A DNA stretch of 63,086 nucleotides, counting the filler, from Chiloscyllium plagiosum (Eukaryota), in the NCBI RefSeq assembly GCF_004010195.1. It is 4 parts of one record of this genome, joined end to end, with 100 filler letters (N's around TTAATTAATTAA, not from the genome) between each part and the next. Parts side by side here need not be neighbours in the genome. Positions count along the whole stretch, not along the records: positions 21,772 to 48,794 come from NC_057712.1; positions 48,895 to 61,446 come from NC_057712.1; 2 more parts are not named here. One strand, written 5' to 3'. This document shows positions 47,398 through 58,192 of this stretch, piece by piece (positions within the stretch are counted from its first letter, which is position 1; each line of letters opens with the position of its first letter). The translations under genes and the position numbers were made by a program. The notes under the pieces are model-generated. The model saw nothing but the letters and a program-made list of their open reading frames with translations. It was not told where the DNA came from and made no database searches.

Positions 47398-48794
47398 GGA
47401 GAAAGTGAGGTCTGCAGATGCTGGAGATTGAAGTTGAAACTTTATTGCTGGAACAGCACAGCAGGTCAGGCAGCATCCAGGAAACAGGAGATTCGACATT
47501 TCGGGCACAGGCCCTTCTTCAGGAATGAGCAGAGAGTGTTCAGCAGGAGAAGATAAAAGGTAGGGAGGAGGGACTGGGAGGAGGGGCGTTGGAAATGTGA
47601 TAGGTGGAAAGAGGTAAAGGTGAAGGTGATAGGTCGGAGTAGGGTGGAGGCGGAGAGGGCAAGAAGAAGACTGCAGGGCAGGAAGGCGGTGCCGGGCGGG
47701 AGGGACCCGGCTGAGACAAGGTGGGGGGAGGGGAGATGAAGAAACTGGTGAAGTCCAAGTTCATCCCCTGCGGTTGGAGGGCTCCCAGTCGGAAGATAAG
47801 ACGCTCCTCCTCCGACCATCGCGTTGTTGTGGTTTGGCGGTGGATGAGTCCAATGACCTGCATATCCTCGGTGGAGTGGGAGGGGGAGTTGAAATGCTGT
47901 GCTACAGGGTGATTGGGTTGGTTCGTCCAGTTGGCCCAGAGGTGCTCTCTGAATCGCTCCGCAAGTAGGCGGCCTGTCTCCCCAATATAGAGGAGGCCAC
48001 ACCGGCTGCAGCGGATGCAGTAGATGATGTGGGTGGAGGTGCAGGTGAATCTGTGGCGGATATGGAAGTTTCCTTTGGGGACTTGGAGAAAAGTGAGGGG
48101 GGGAGGTGTGGGCGCAAGTGTTGCACCCCCTGCGGGTGCAAGGGAAGGTGCCGGGAGTGGAGGTGGGGTCGGTGGGGGGTGTGGATCTGACAAGGGAGTC
48201 GCGGAGGGAGTGATACAGCGCATCATCCGCCGTCACTTCCGCCACATCCAAACAGACCCCAGCACCAAGGATATATTTCCATCCCCTCCCCTATCAGCTT
48301 TCCGTAGAGACCACTCCCTCCGCGACTCCCTTGTCAGATCCACACCCCCCACCGACCCAACCTCCACTCCCGGCACCTTCCCTTCCAACCGCAGGAGGTG
48401 CAACACTTGCGCCCACACCTCCCCCCTCACTTCTCTCCAAGGCCCCAAAGGAAACTTCCATATCCGCCACAGATTCACCTGCACCTCCACCCACATCATC
48501 TACTGCATCCGCTGCAGCCGGTGTGGCCCCCTCTATATTGGGGAGACAGGCCGCCTACTAGCGGAGCGATTCAGAGAGCACCTCTGGGCCACCCGGACGA
48601 ACCAACCCAACCAACCTGTAGCACAGCATCTCAACTCCCCCTCCCACTCCACCGAGGATATGCAGGTCATTGGACTCATCCACCGCCAAACCACAACAAC
48701 CCGACGGTCGGAGGAGGAGCATCTTATCTTCCGACTGGGAACCCTCCAACCACAGGGGATGAACTTGGACTCCACCAGTCTCTTCATCCCCCCT
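47398..48794. mobile_element. Neptune-type PLE as a large inverted pair (- 47398-48212; + 48213-48794)
   Basis: Both arms encode a Cys-rich linker plus GIY-YIG (CNTCAH...IIYCIRCSRCG.LYIGETGRLLAERFREH...LQPQGMN). Confidence 0.95.
47491..47526 (-). ncRNA. Hammerhead ribozyme motif, best-formed copy
   Basis: ATTC-CTGAAGA-A-GGGC CTGT GCCC-GAAA-TGTC-GAAT; stem I ATTC/GAAT and stem II both pair. Confidence 0.75.
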
Positions 48795-48894
48795 NNNNNN
48801 NNNNNNNNNNNNNNNNNNNNNNNNNNNNNNNNNNNNNNTTAATTAATTAANNNNNNNNNNNNNNNNNNNNNNNNNNNNNNNNNNNNNNNNNNNN
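48795..48894. other. Artificial scaffold linker
   Basis: 44 N + TTAATTAATTAA + 44 N. Confidence 0.97.
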
Positions 48895-49650
48895 GGTTCC
48901 CATGCCCCTGCAGAGTTAACCCCCCCCCCCCCCGCCCCTCCAAGAGCACTAGCAAACCTCCCACCAAGGATACTGGTGCCCCTCAGGTTCAGGTGCAGAC
49001 CCGAGTTTATAGAGGTCCCACCTTCCCCAGAAAGAATCCCAGTTATCCAAATACCCTCCCTCCTGCACCATCCCTGTAGCCACGCATTTAACTGTTCTCT
49101 CCCTCTTCCTCGACTCTCTATCACGTGGCACGGGTAACAAACCAGAGACAACAACTGGTCTAACTCTGAGCTTCCAACCTTGCTCCCTGAAAGCCTGCCC
49201 AACAACCTCAGCCCTCCTCCTACCTATGTCATTGGTGCCAATGTGAACCACGACTTCGGGCTGCTCCTCCTGCGCGCTTTTAAAGGGAAAAAACCTACCC
49301 AGCTTACGCTCTACCTGCTTCCGGGTCCCGGCTGCCCCTCTGGTCTTCCCCCTGCTGCTCCCGCTCTTTCTGTGCAGAGAAAAAAAACCCCACCGCTGCC
49401 CGCTACCGGTAAGTAATTTTAAAACAAACTGTCTTACCTTAGCTGCTGCTCGCACTCAAAGTGACCGTTGGCGTCGAAGGGTGAGTATTTATACTCACTG
49501 CTTTCCTTCCCGGCTGCCCCTCTGGTCTTCGTCACTTCCCCCTGCTGCTCCCGCTCTTTCTGAGAAGAGAGAAAAAAAAACACCGCTGCCCGCTTTCGGT
49601 AAGTAATTTTAAAACAAACTGTCTTACCTTAACTGCTGCTCGCATTCAAA
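48895..49650 (-). mobile_element. CR1 5' UTR (tandemly duplicated) fused to ORF1 SGNH esterase domain; internally deleted
   Basis: EQPEVVVHIGTNDIG, VSGLLPVPR, LNAWLQGWCRREG, GLHLNLRGTSILGGRF; about 135-bp UTR repeats at 49327-49462 and 49509-49652. Confidence 0.85.
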
Positions 49651-51263
49651 GTTTGATGAAAAGAATGAGCTAATGACAATTGATTCATTGAATGTTTGAA
49701 TGCAATTAGATTCATTGCATGTACAGTTCAAAGTACAGTTTGATTCACTGAATGAATTTGACATATAAATGGAGCTCCACTAAATGCACTTTATTTATGG
49801 ATGAATGAAGCTGGAATACATGCATTGAATGTATTTTTGGTGCTTGGTTCATTCAATGAACGAATGCTGTTTGATTCATTCATGAATTGAATGCCCTTTG
49901 ATTATATGGAATGGATGAATGAAGCTTGATTCACTGAATCACTTGGGTGAGAATTACCGATATTGTTTAATTCATTGACTGTAATGTATGATTGACATTT
50001 GATACACTAATTTACATCATTGCATGAATAAAGCTTGATTCATTGAAGATTGAAACATTGACTGAAGAAGTGGAGTTTGATCCATTGAATAAATGAATGC
50101 ATTGCATTAATAAGTGTTGTTTGTTACAATAAATGACAGAATAATGTAACGTTCACTTAATGAATGAATAAGGTTTGGTTGAATGACTGCAGTTTTATAT
50201 ACTGAATGAAACAATGACGTGTAATTTATTGAATGAATGAATGTGGTTCAATTCATTTTAGGTAGGTTAATTCATTTAATGTAAATGTGACATTGGATAA
50301 TTTGAATGAATAAATGTGGTTTAGTTTGACATATCAATGAATGCAGTTTGTTTCATTGAATGAATGAATGAAGCTGGATTCATTGAATGAATGAGTGGAG
50401 TTAAAAATCATTGAATGAATACGTTGTGATTGACTCATTTTATGAATGAGAGGAGTTTGATTCACTGAATGAATAATTGCAGATTGATTCATTGAATGTC
50501 ATTTGATTAATTGAAAAACAAAGAAATTGAGTTCATTTATTGAATGAGTGTCTTTTGACTGTTTGCATGAAGGAAGGAACTATGGTTCATTTCAGGAATG
50601 CATGAAGTTCGAGGTATTCAATGACCGAATTAGGTTTGATCTTTTAAATGAATGAATGCAGTTTGAATGATTGTATAAATATCATGTGACATTGAATGAA
50701 TTAATGAAGTTTAGTTCATTTAAATAATGAATGAAGTTTGATGCATTGAATGAATGAGCGCAGTATTAATGTACTAAATGAACGAGTGAAGTTTGATTCA
50801 TGAAATGAATGTAGCTGGTATCATTGAATAGTTGAGTGGAGTTTCATTCATTGAATGACAAAAAGCAATCTGTTTCTTTGAACGAATGAATGCTACTTGA
50901 TTCATTAAATGATTTATTGCCTTTGATTCATTGAATGAAGGCATGATGTCTTTTTTCATTTAATGAATGACGGCAGTTTGATCTGTTGAACGAATGAGTT
51001 AACTTTTCTATGCTGGACAAATGACTTAGATTAATTGATTTGGTGATTGCCTCATGTATAAATGAATGTGGCTTGTTTCATTGAATGAATGAATGTCACT
51101 CAGTTAATGACGTTTGGTTCATTTAATTGATGATTAAAGTTTGAAAGTTTGGTGAAAAGAATGAACTAATGACGATTGATTCATTGAATGTTTGAAAACA
51201 ATTAGATTCATTGCATGTATAAAAATACAGTTTCATTCATTGAATGAATGTTGTTTGTTTCAT
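49648..51263. repeat. AT-rich (TGAA)n-derived satellite, motif TTTGATTCATTGAATGAATGAATG
   Basis: Continuous degenerate TTCATTGAATGAA units; a block of about 105 bp recurs at 1496-bp spacing. Confidence 0.9.
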
Positions 51264-51790
51264 NNNNNNNNNNNNNNNNNNNNNNNNNNNNNNNNNNNNN
51301 NNNNNNNNNNNNNNNNNNNNNNNNNNNNNNNNNNNNNNNNNNNNNNNNNNNNNNNNNNNNNNNNNNNNNNNNNNNNNNNNNNNNNNNNNNNNNNNNNNNN
51401 NNNNNNNNNNNNNNNNNNNNNNNNNNNNNNNNNNNNNNNNNNNNNNNNNNNNNNNNNNNNNNNNNNNNNNNNNNNNNNNNNNNNNNNNNNNNNNNNNNNN
51501 NNNNNNNNNNNNNNNNNNNNNNNNNNNNNNNNNNNNNNNNNNNNNNNNNNNNNNNNNNNNNNNNNNNNNNNNNNNNNNNNNNNNNNNNNNNNNNNNNNNN
51601 NNNNNNNNNNNNNNNNNNNNNNNNNNNNNNNNNNNNNNNNNNNNNNNNNNNNNNNNNNNNNNNNNNNNNNNNNNNNNNNNNNNNNNNNNNNNNNNNNNNN
51701 NNNNNNNNNNNNNNNNNNNNNNNNNNNNNNNNNNNNNNNNNNNNNNNNNNNNNNNNNNNNNNNCCTTCGGCGCTCCAAGCCTGAGCCAAT

Positions 51791-51844
51791 CCAAATCTAC
51801 TGTCTAAACCAAATCTACTGTCTAAACCAAATCTACTATCTAAA
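51791..51844. repeat. 18-bp tandem repeat x3
   Basis: CCAAATCTACTGTCTAAA x2 + CCAAATCTACTATCTAAA. Confidence 0.9.
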
Positions 51845-52453
51845 CACCCAGGTGGCCAGTGACAAGCAGTGCCCTTCACATCAAAAGGCAATGCTGCATG
51901 ATCAAACAGTGAAGGGGTGGGCAGGGATTAAATCAAAATAGGGTTAGAGGGGGAAACAATACACTCCTCTCCCTGTGGTGCCCACCTCTTCCTGAACAGC
52001 TCAAGTCTGTTGGTGAACACCGCGTGCTCCTTCTCCAGAGACACCCTGGATCTAACATAACCGCAGAAGATGGGCAGGCAGTTGGTCCTCAGACCTGCCC
52101 TCCCTCTCCGTACCATGCGTCCAAAGATCAGGAGCATGGGACTGAAGTATAACCAAAAACAAAAAGGTTTTTGAGAAAATCAAGCACCCACACCCAATAT
52201 ATACATAGACCACTGACTCCATAGCACAGCAGAACAAGCAGTTGGGTTGGGAGTCCATGAACAAACTCGATCTGCGGTTTCAGGGGACCGCTGCATGCAG
52301 CACCCTCCACCCCAAATCCCCAAAAGAAAGGGGAAGGGCCCCTACGTAGAGAGCCCTCCACTGAGGATCCCCACCACCTGGTGGCAAATGGGCACACGAA
52401 GGCGTGTCTGGGTAGTGGATGAGGGAGAAGAGGTGGATGGTTTGCAGCAGCAG

Positions 52454-53123
52454 GATCAGTAGTGCTGGAAGAGCACAGCAATTCAGGCAGCATCCAACGA
52501 GCAGCAAAATCGACGTTTCGGGCAAAAGCCCTTCATCAGGAATAAAGGCAGAGAGCCTCGTGGAGAGATAAGCTAGAGGAGNNNNNNNNNNNNNNNNNNN
52601 NNNNNNNNNNNNNNNNNNNNNNNNNNNNNNNNNNNNNNNNNNNNNNNNNNNNNNNNNNNNNNNNNNNNNNNNNNNNNNNNNNNNNNNNNNNNNNNNNNNN
52701 NNNNNNNNNNNNNNNNNNNNNNNNNNNNNNGTGTGGTTGATTGGTGTGGGTGTCCCGGAGATGTTCCCTAAAGTGCTCTGCTAGGAGGCGCCCAGTCTCC
52801 CTAATGTAGAGGAGACCGCATCGGGAGCAACGGATACAATAAATGATATTAATGGATGTGTAGGTAAAACTTTGATGGATGTGGAAGGCTCCTTTAGGGC
52901 CTTGGATGGAGGTGAGGGAGGAGGTGTGGGCACAGGTTTTACAGTTCCTGCGGTGGCAGGGGAAAGTGCCAGGATGGGAGGGTGGGTCGTAGGGGGGCGT
53001 GGTCCTGACCAGGTAGTCACGGAGGGAACGGTCTTTGCGGAAGGCGGAAAGGGGTGGGGAGGGAAATATATCCCTGGTGGTGGGGTCTTTTTGGAGGTGG
53101 CGGAAATGTCGGCGGATGATTTG
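52454..53123 (-). mobile_element. Tail-less Neptune-type PLE inserted in Tx1 ORF2; contains an N gap
   Basis: GTFPCHRRNCKTC, IIYCIRCSRCGLLYI; TSD GCAGCAGCAG (52444-52453, 53124-53133). Confidence 0.92.
52508..52543 (-). ncRNA. Hammerhead ribozyme motif
   Basis: CTGATGA-A-GGGC TTTT GCCC-GAAA-CGTC. Confidence 0.72.
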
Positions 53124-56100
53124 GCAGCAGCAGTCTACACGGAGCCTGCCAAGATACACCCCTAGAAAGGGACAAAACTAAAATTCCGGAGGTAGCTCAG
53201 GTTGTGGGGCACAGGTTCCTGGGGGAGGTATGGGACCTTGGGGCCAAATTCCGTCCGGGCAGGGATAAGCGCAGACAGGATTTCACCGCACACCTGAGCA
53301 TCCTCCAACTGGTGCACCACGTTGGGTCCGAGCACCGCCATTTTAAGATGTCGAATGGCAGTGGCCACAAACTGGGGGTCTACCGCTGCCCTGCTCACTA
53401 TGTCCTGCGGCAGCATCCAGCCCAGACCCCCGCTACCCAGCACGTCCCTCCCCCAGTCACCCTCGCAGCCACGGCCCTCCCCTCCGACAGCCACTCGAAC
53501 CCGCGAATACAGAGGTGGGGATTCCTGACCAAAGGCTCCCTAACGACAGCCGCTACTCCTACTGGAGGGTAGGCGCAACGCGATTCGACCATGTCCTAGA
53601 CAGTGATCAGGTCCTGGTAAAAGACAGACAGCATCCTGAGAGCGACCTCCAAACCGTCACGGTCAACGAATAGGAGCTGCGTGTCGTAGTTGTGGTTATG
53701 CGCCTGTCAGAGAAAATACGTTGCCAGGGTGCACCACCTAGGAGGAGGCTCAACATTAAGGTATCGCTGCAAGGTCTGAAGGCGGAAAGTTGCCACCTGG
53801 GTGCGGATGCACACCAGCGACTGACAGCCCTCCTCCATAAGGAGACTCAGGACCTGTGCAGCGACCCAGTGCATCTTTTTATCCCAGAGGAAGGGAACCA
53901 ACATTCTCTGTATGTCAGCGACAAAACCAGGAGGAGGAAACACAGCATGGCGGCTACCAGTTGGTTTATGACCAGCACTCGACTCCTGTCGGATAGCACT
54001 TTCAGCAGTCTGTCCAGCGGCCGAGGTGAGCTGAGACTTTGGCCTCCAGTTTGCCGGCTAGGATTCCTCAGCTGGGCTAAGGTAGACCCCAGGTAGAAGA
54101 AATGGGCGGCACTCCATCTGAATCTCTGTAACTACTCCAGCAGAGAGTCCACCTGCCAAGGACCAACCAGTAGTCCGGAACATTTGGCCCAGTTGATCCT
54201 GGAAGAGGATACTGCCAGGTACACCGCCTGGCACTCGCGCATCCTCTCCAGGTCAGCCAGATCGGTGAAAGAGAGGAGCACGTCGTCTGTATAAGCCATG
54301 AGGACCACCCCCTTGCCTGCGGCGGGCAGAACCAGCCCTGACAACCTCCTCCGCAAGAGGCACAGGAAAGGCTCCACATGCACAGAATACATTTGGCTAG
54401 ACAGGAGACAGCCTTGACGTACTCCTCTCCTAAAGTGGAGGGGCGCAGTCAGGGACCCGTTAACTTTAACCAGACACTGCAGCGGTGTACAAAAGTCAGA
54501 TCTGGGCAACGAAATGCGTCCTGAACCCAAGCCGGCAGAGCCCCGAGCAGATACTCGTGATTGACCCTGTCGAACATCCTCTCCTGATCGAGAGACAGGA
54601 AGGCGCTCAGTAGACCAGCCCGTTGACAAAAATGGATCAGGTCCCAGACCAAGTGGACATTGTTGTGTATCCGCCGGCACGGGACCATGTAGGACAGCAT
54701 GGAAGCCAGGCGAGGAAGCCAAAACCCTGGTGGAAATTCTGTAATCAGTGCTGAGGAGGGAGACCTGATGCCAGTTCTTTAAAGAATGAAGGTCCCCCCT
54801 TCTTTGGCAGCAGGACAATGACTGCCCTGCGCCAGGAAAGGGACAGCTCTCTGGCAGTGAGACACTTCCCCCAGGATCTGTGGGTAGTCACTCCCCAGGA
54901 CGTCCCAGAACGCATGAAGAACTCTACAGTCAGCCCGTCCAGCTGCCGGGACTTGTCCCTCAAGAGCTGGTCAGCTGCTATAAGGTGACAGGAGTGTAGA
55001 GCCTTCCGGCGTCCTCTGGGCTGAGCTGCAGCAGGTCCTCCCACACCACTCTGCGAATATCCTCACTGGACGGATCTGGGGAGAACAGAGCCGTGCAATA
55101 GGAGCGAATTTGGGCCCTGTTACCCTCCGGATCTGAGACGAGGGACCCGTCATCAGCCAGCAGCTGCTGATGGGTGCCATGCCTTTTTTTTCCAGCGAGT
55201 AGAAGAAGGGGGAGCTGTGGTCCAGGTCCTGGAGGAGATGGATCCATGACCTCACGTACGCACCCCAGGATCCGACGAACTGTAGGCCTTCATCGCTTTG
55301 TACACCCCCCGCAGGGCCATGTCCACATCGGGTTGACTGAGATGTGACTCCAGATCGGACACCTCCTTCTCCAACTCCTCAATCCTGGATTTCTGCCTCT
55401 TCATCGACCCCCTCACGTACTCCTGACAGAAAATGCAGACGTGGGCCTTACCCACATCCCACCATAGCCTCATGGAGGGGACCTTCCCCGTTTCCTTCTC
55501 CAGCTGGCCCAGAACTGACGAAACGAGACCCTGAATCGCTCGTCCTCCAGAAGCAGGTTGTTAAAGTGCAAGTACACGAGCTTGAGCCAGGCACCAAATG
55601 GAAGGAGTTCCACCCACACCAGGTGATGGTCCATGCACGGAACCTGCCACAGAGGTCACCAGAAAGCAGGAGGTGTACGCCCACAAAACGTACAGGCGGT
55701 CGATTCTGGATGCTCCCACACCAGGCCTCATGAAGGTGAAGGCAATGGAGTCAGGATGGAGATTCTACCAGACATCCACCAGGTCGAAGGACCTGACCAA
55801 TTCCCCAACCACCTCCCCAACATCAAACCAGACCAGGCACAGCCGTGGTCCCTGTCCTCGAAGATGCAGTTAAAATCCCTAAGAAGGACAACCCACTGGC
55901 CTTCATTGATGGAGGTGAGATGAGCGGACACTTCTCCATGGAAGCGAGTTTGCCTCGGTCCAAGTACAGGAGTGTAGACGTTCACAAAGTGAAGCACCAC
56001 GCCCCCCAGCCAAATCATCAGGTGAAGCAAATGGCCTTGTACAGACTTCCTGACCCCCAATATCTCCGGCTGAAAATGTGTGGCCAACAAGATATCCACC

Positions 56101-56301
56101 TGTTCAGATCTGCGGGTGAGGTGACCCCCCTTTTGGAATCTGTGCTGTGACTCCTTGTTGCTGTTGATGTTGAGGCTGGCTTCATGTCAGCAGTATTATG
56201 CAACCACCACCAACACAGTTAAAACTATATACGTTTACTGGGAGGATGAGGGAGGGGCACAGAAGTCCTTTGCCGTCACCAGGAGTGCACCCAGGAAGTT
56301 C

Positions 56302-56597
56302 TTAGACATTAGACAATAGGTGCAGGAGTAGGCCATTCTGCCCTTCGAGCCTGCACCACCATTCAATATGATCATGGCTGATCATCCTTAATCAGTATCC
56401 TGTTCCTGCCTTATCTCCATAACCCTTGATTCCACAATCCTTGAGAGCTCTATCCAACTCTTTCTTAAATGAATCCAGAGACTGGGCCTCCACTGCCCTC
56501 TGGGGCAGAGCATTCCACACAGCCACCACTCTCTGGGTGAAGAAGTTTCTCCTCATCTCTGTCCTAAATGGTCTACCCCATATTTTTAAGCTATGAT
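56302..56597 (-). mobile_element. Young CR1 3' end inserted in Tx1 ORF1
   Basis: TAGACATTAGACAATAGGTGCAGGAGTAGGCCATTCTGCCCTTCGAGC tail; MRRNFFTQRVVAVWNALP on the minus strand. Confidence 0.9.
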
Positions 56598-58101
56598 CGG
56601 CTTTCGCTCATTTGCATGGAGCCCAGGTGCTTGGTGAGCAGCCTGGGCCAACCAGTACTATTGCTCGAAAGAGCTCCAGTAGTTGAGTGCCAGTTGGGCT
56701 GTATCCCGGCGACTCAGTGTTTCCTCAACAAATTCCCCAAATTCCTCAAGGGGGATTGGGGGAGCTCGGTAGGGGGCACCTGGTTCTCAAAAACCTCGCT
56801 GGAGACTGACTCTGCGTTGTCCCTATTGTCCACCACTGAACCCGAACCGTTCTCTGGGAGGTTACCCACCCCTCCATACTATGAGAGTGGGGGCTGGTCC
56901 AGCACTGCCAACTGGCTTCAAACTCCTGCGACCCCACCCCCAGGGTCACCAATGGTAACTTCCTCAGTGCATCCCTTTCCAGAATGCCCCAGGGTCAGGT
57001 CGACAGGTGGCAGATGCTCGGGGCTCCACTCCTCAGCCGACTGCAGGACACCCAGCTCCTTAGGGAAAAGGTCTTCCCCTAGGGCCACGGTCCCCGGGAA
57101 AACATTCTGGGAGGGCCAGGTGTGGGGTGGACCTCAGGTACATGTTCCCCAGGAGTTGCCACCATGGGGCAGATGTCAGTTACTGCATCAGGGGACATAG
57201 ATTCCACAGATATTGACGCCATGGAGTGGTTTTCAGGGACCGTGTGGGGGGATATGGATAGTCCCATGTGGCAAGGTACGGGCACAGAATCAGTGGGGTC
57301 ACGATCAGGGTTCCCGTGCCGGCACAGCTGTAGAGGCATTTTTGCACTGGGGTGGGGCAAGCTCAGGGTCCAATACCAAGGAGTAGGTGGGAGATGGGGT
57401 TCCATTCACAGGGGCGGGCTGGGCATGTTTAGTCTTTTTCTGCACCTTCCTTCTGGCCGGATGCTCACCCCTCCCCACCAGAGGCCGAGGCAGTAGGAGC
57501 CTCTGGCTTACCCCCTGCTGGTGGGGCTTATGGTGTTGACTTTGGTGGAGCGGGAATGGGTGTGGCGGTGCCACCCTCAGCCGTTGGTGTGGGCAGGGCA
57601 GCCTCCTCGGTGGGGTGGTTCTTCCTTATGTGCCCCACCTCGTGGCACAGATGACACTGCATGACATCTGCCATCCAAAAGACATGGTAGGCCACACCCT
57701 TGTGGAGGAAGTTAAACAAGCTCTTGATGACTTCCTTCCGGGCAATGCAAATAAACACCTGGTGCCGGAAGGAGTATACATGTTTGAGGGCAGGGTCCTT
57801 CACACCGAGCTGGAGCCGTTGGACACCCGACCGGACTGCCCCCAGTGTTTGGAGAGGGGGAGATGGAGCTCACTGGCAATAAAGGGCGGGACATTGGAAA
57901 TCACAATCCTCTGGGCTGTGACTTCCAGTGGGTCGATGGGGAGGAAGGTCCTGCCCACAATGAGCCCCTTCTCACAGCCAGGTGGACTGCCTACTTGGTC
58001 TTGAGGAAAAATATGGCCTTCCTGTACGTTCTGGCTGCAGCGACAATGGCCAATAGGCTGACCACACGAGCCATGACCTTGGTGCAGGCCTTAATCCCCA
58101 G

Positions 58102-58192
58102 GCTGAAAATGTGTTGCTGGAGAAGCGCAGCAGGTCAGGCAGCATCCAGGGAACAGGAGAATCGACGTTTCGGGCATAAGCCCTTCTTCAGG
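58102..58192 (-). mobile_element. Tail-less PLE pLTR fragment with intact hammerhead core (58160-58192), in Tx1 ORF1
   Basis: CCTGAAGA-A-GGGC TTAT GCCC-GAAA-CGTC...ACACATTTTCAGC. Confidence 0.85.

Noticed and set aside
56568..57574. Several ORFs on both strands, including a 210-aa plus-strand ORF
   Set aside because: They are antisense or frameshifted pieces of the Pro/Ser-rich Tx1 ORF1 C-terminus.
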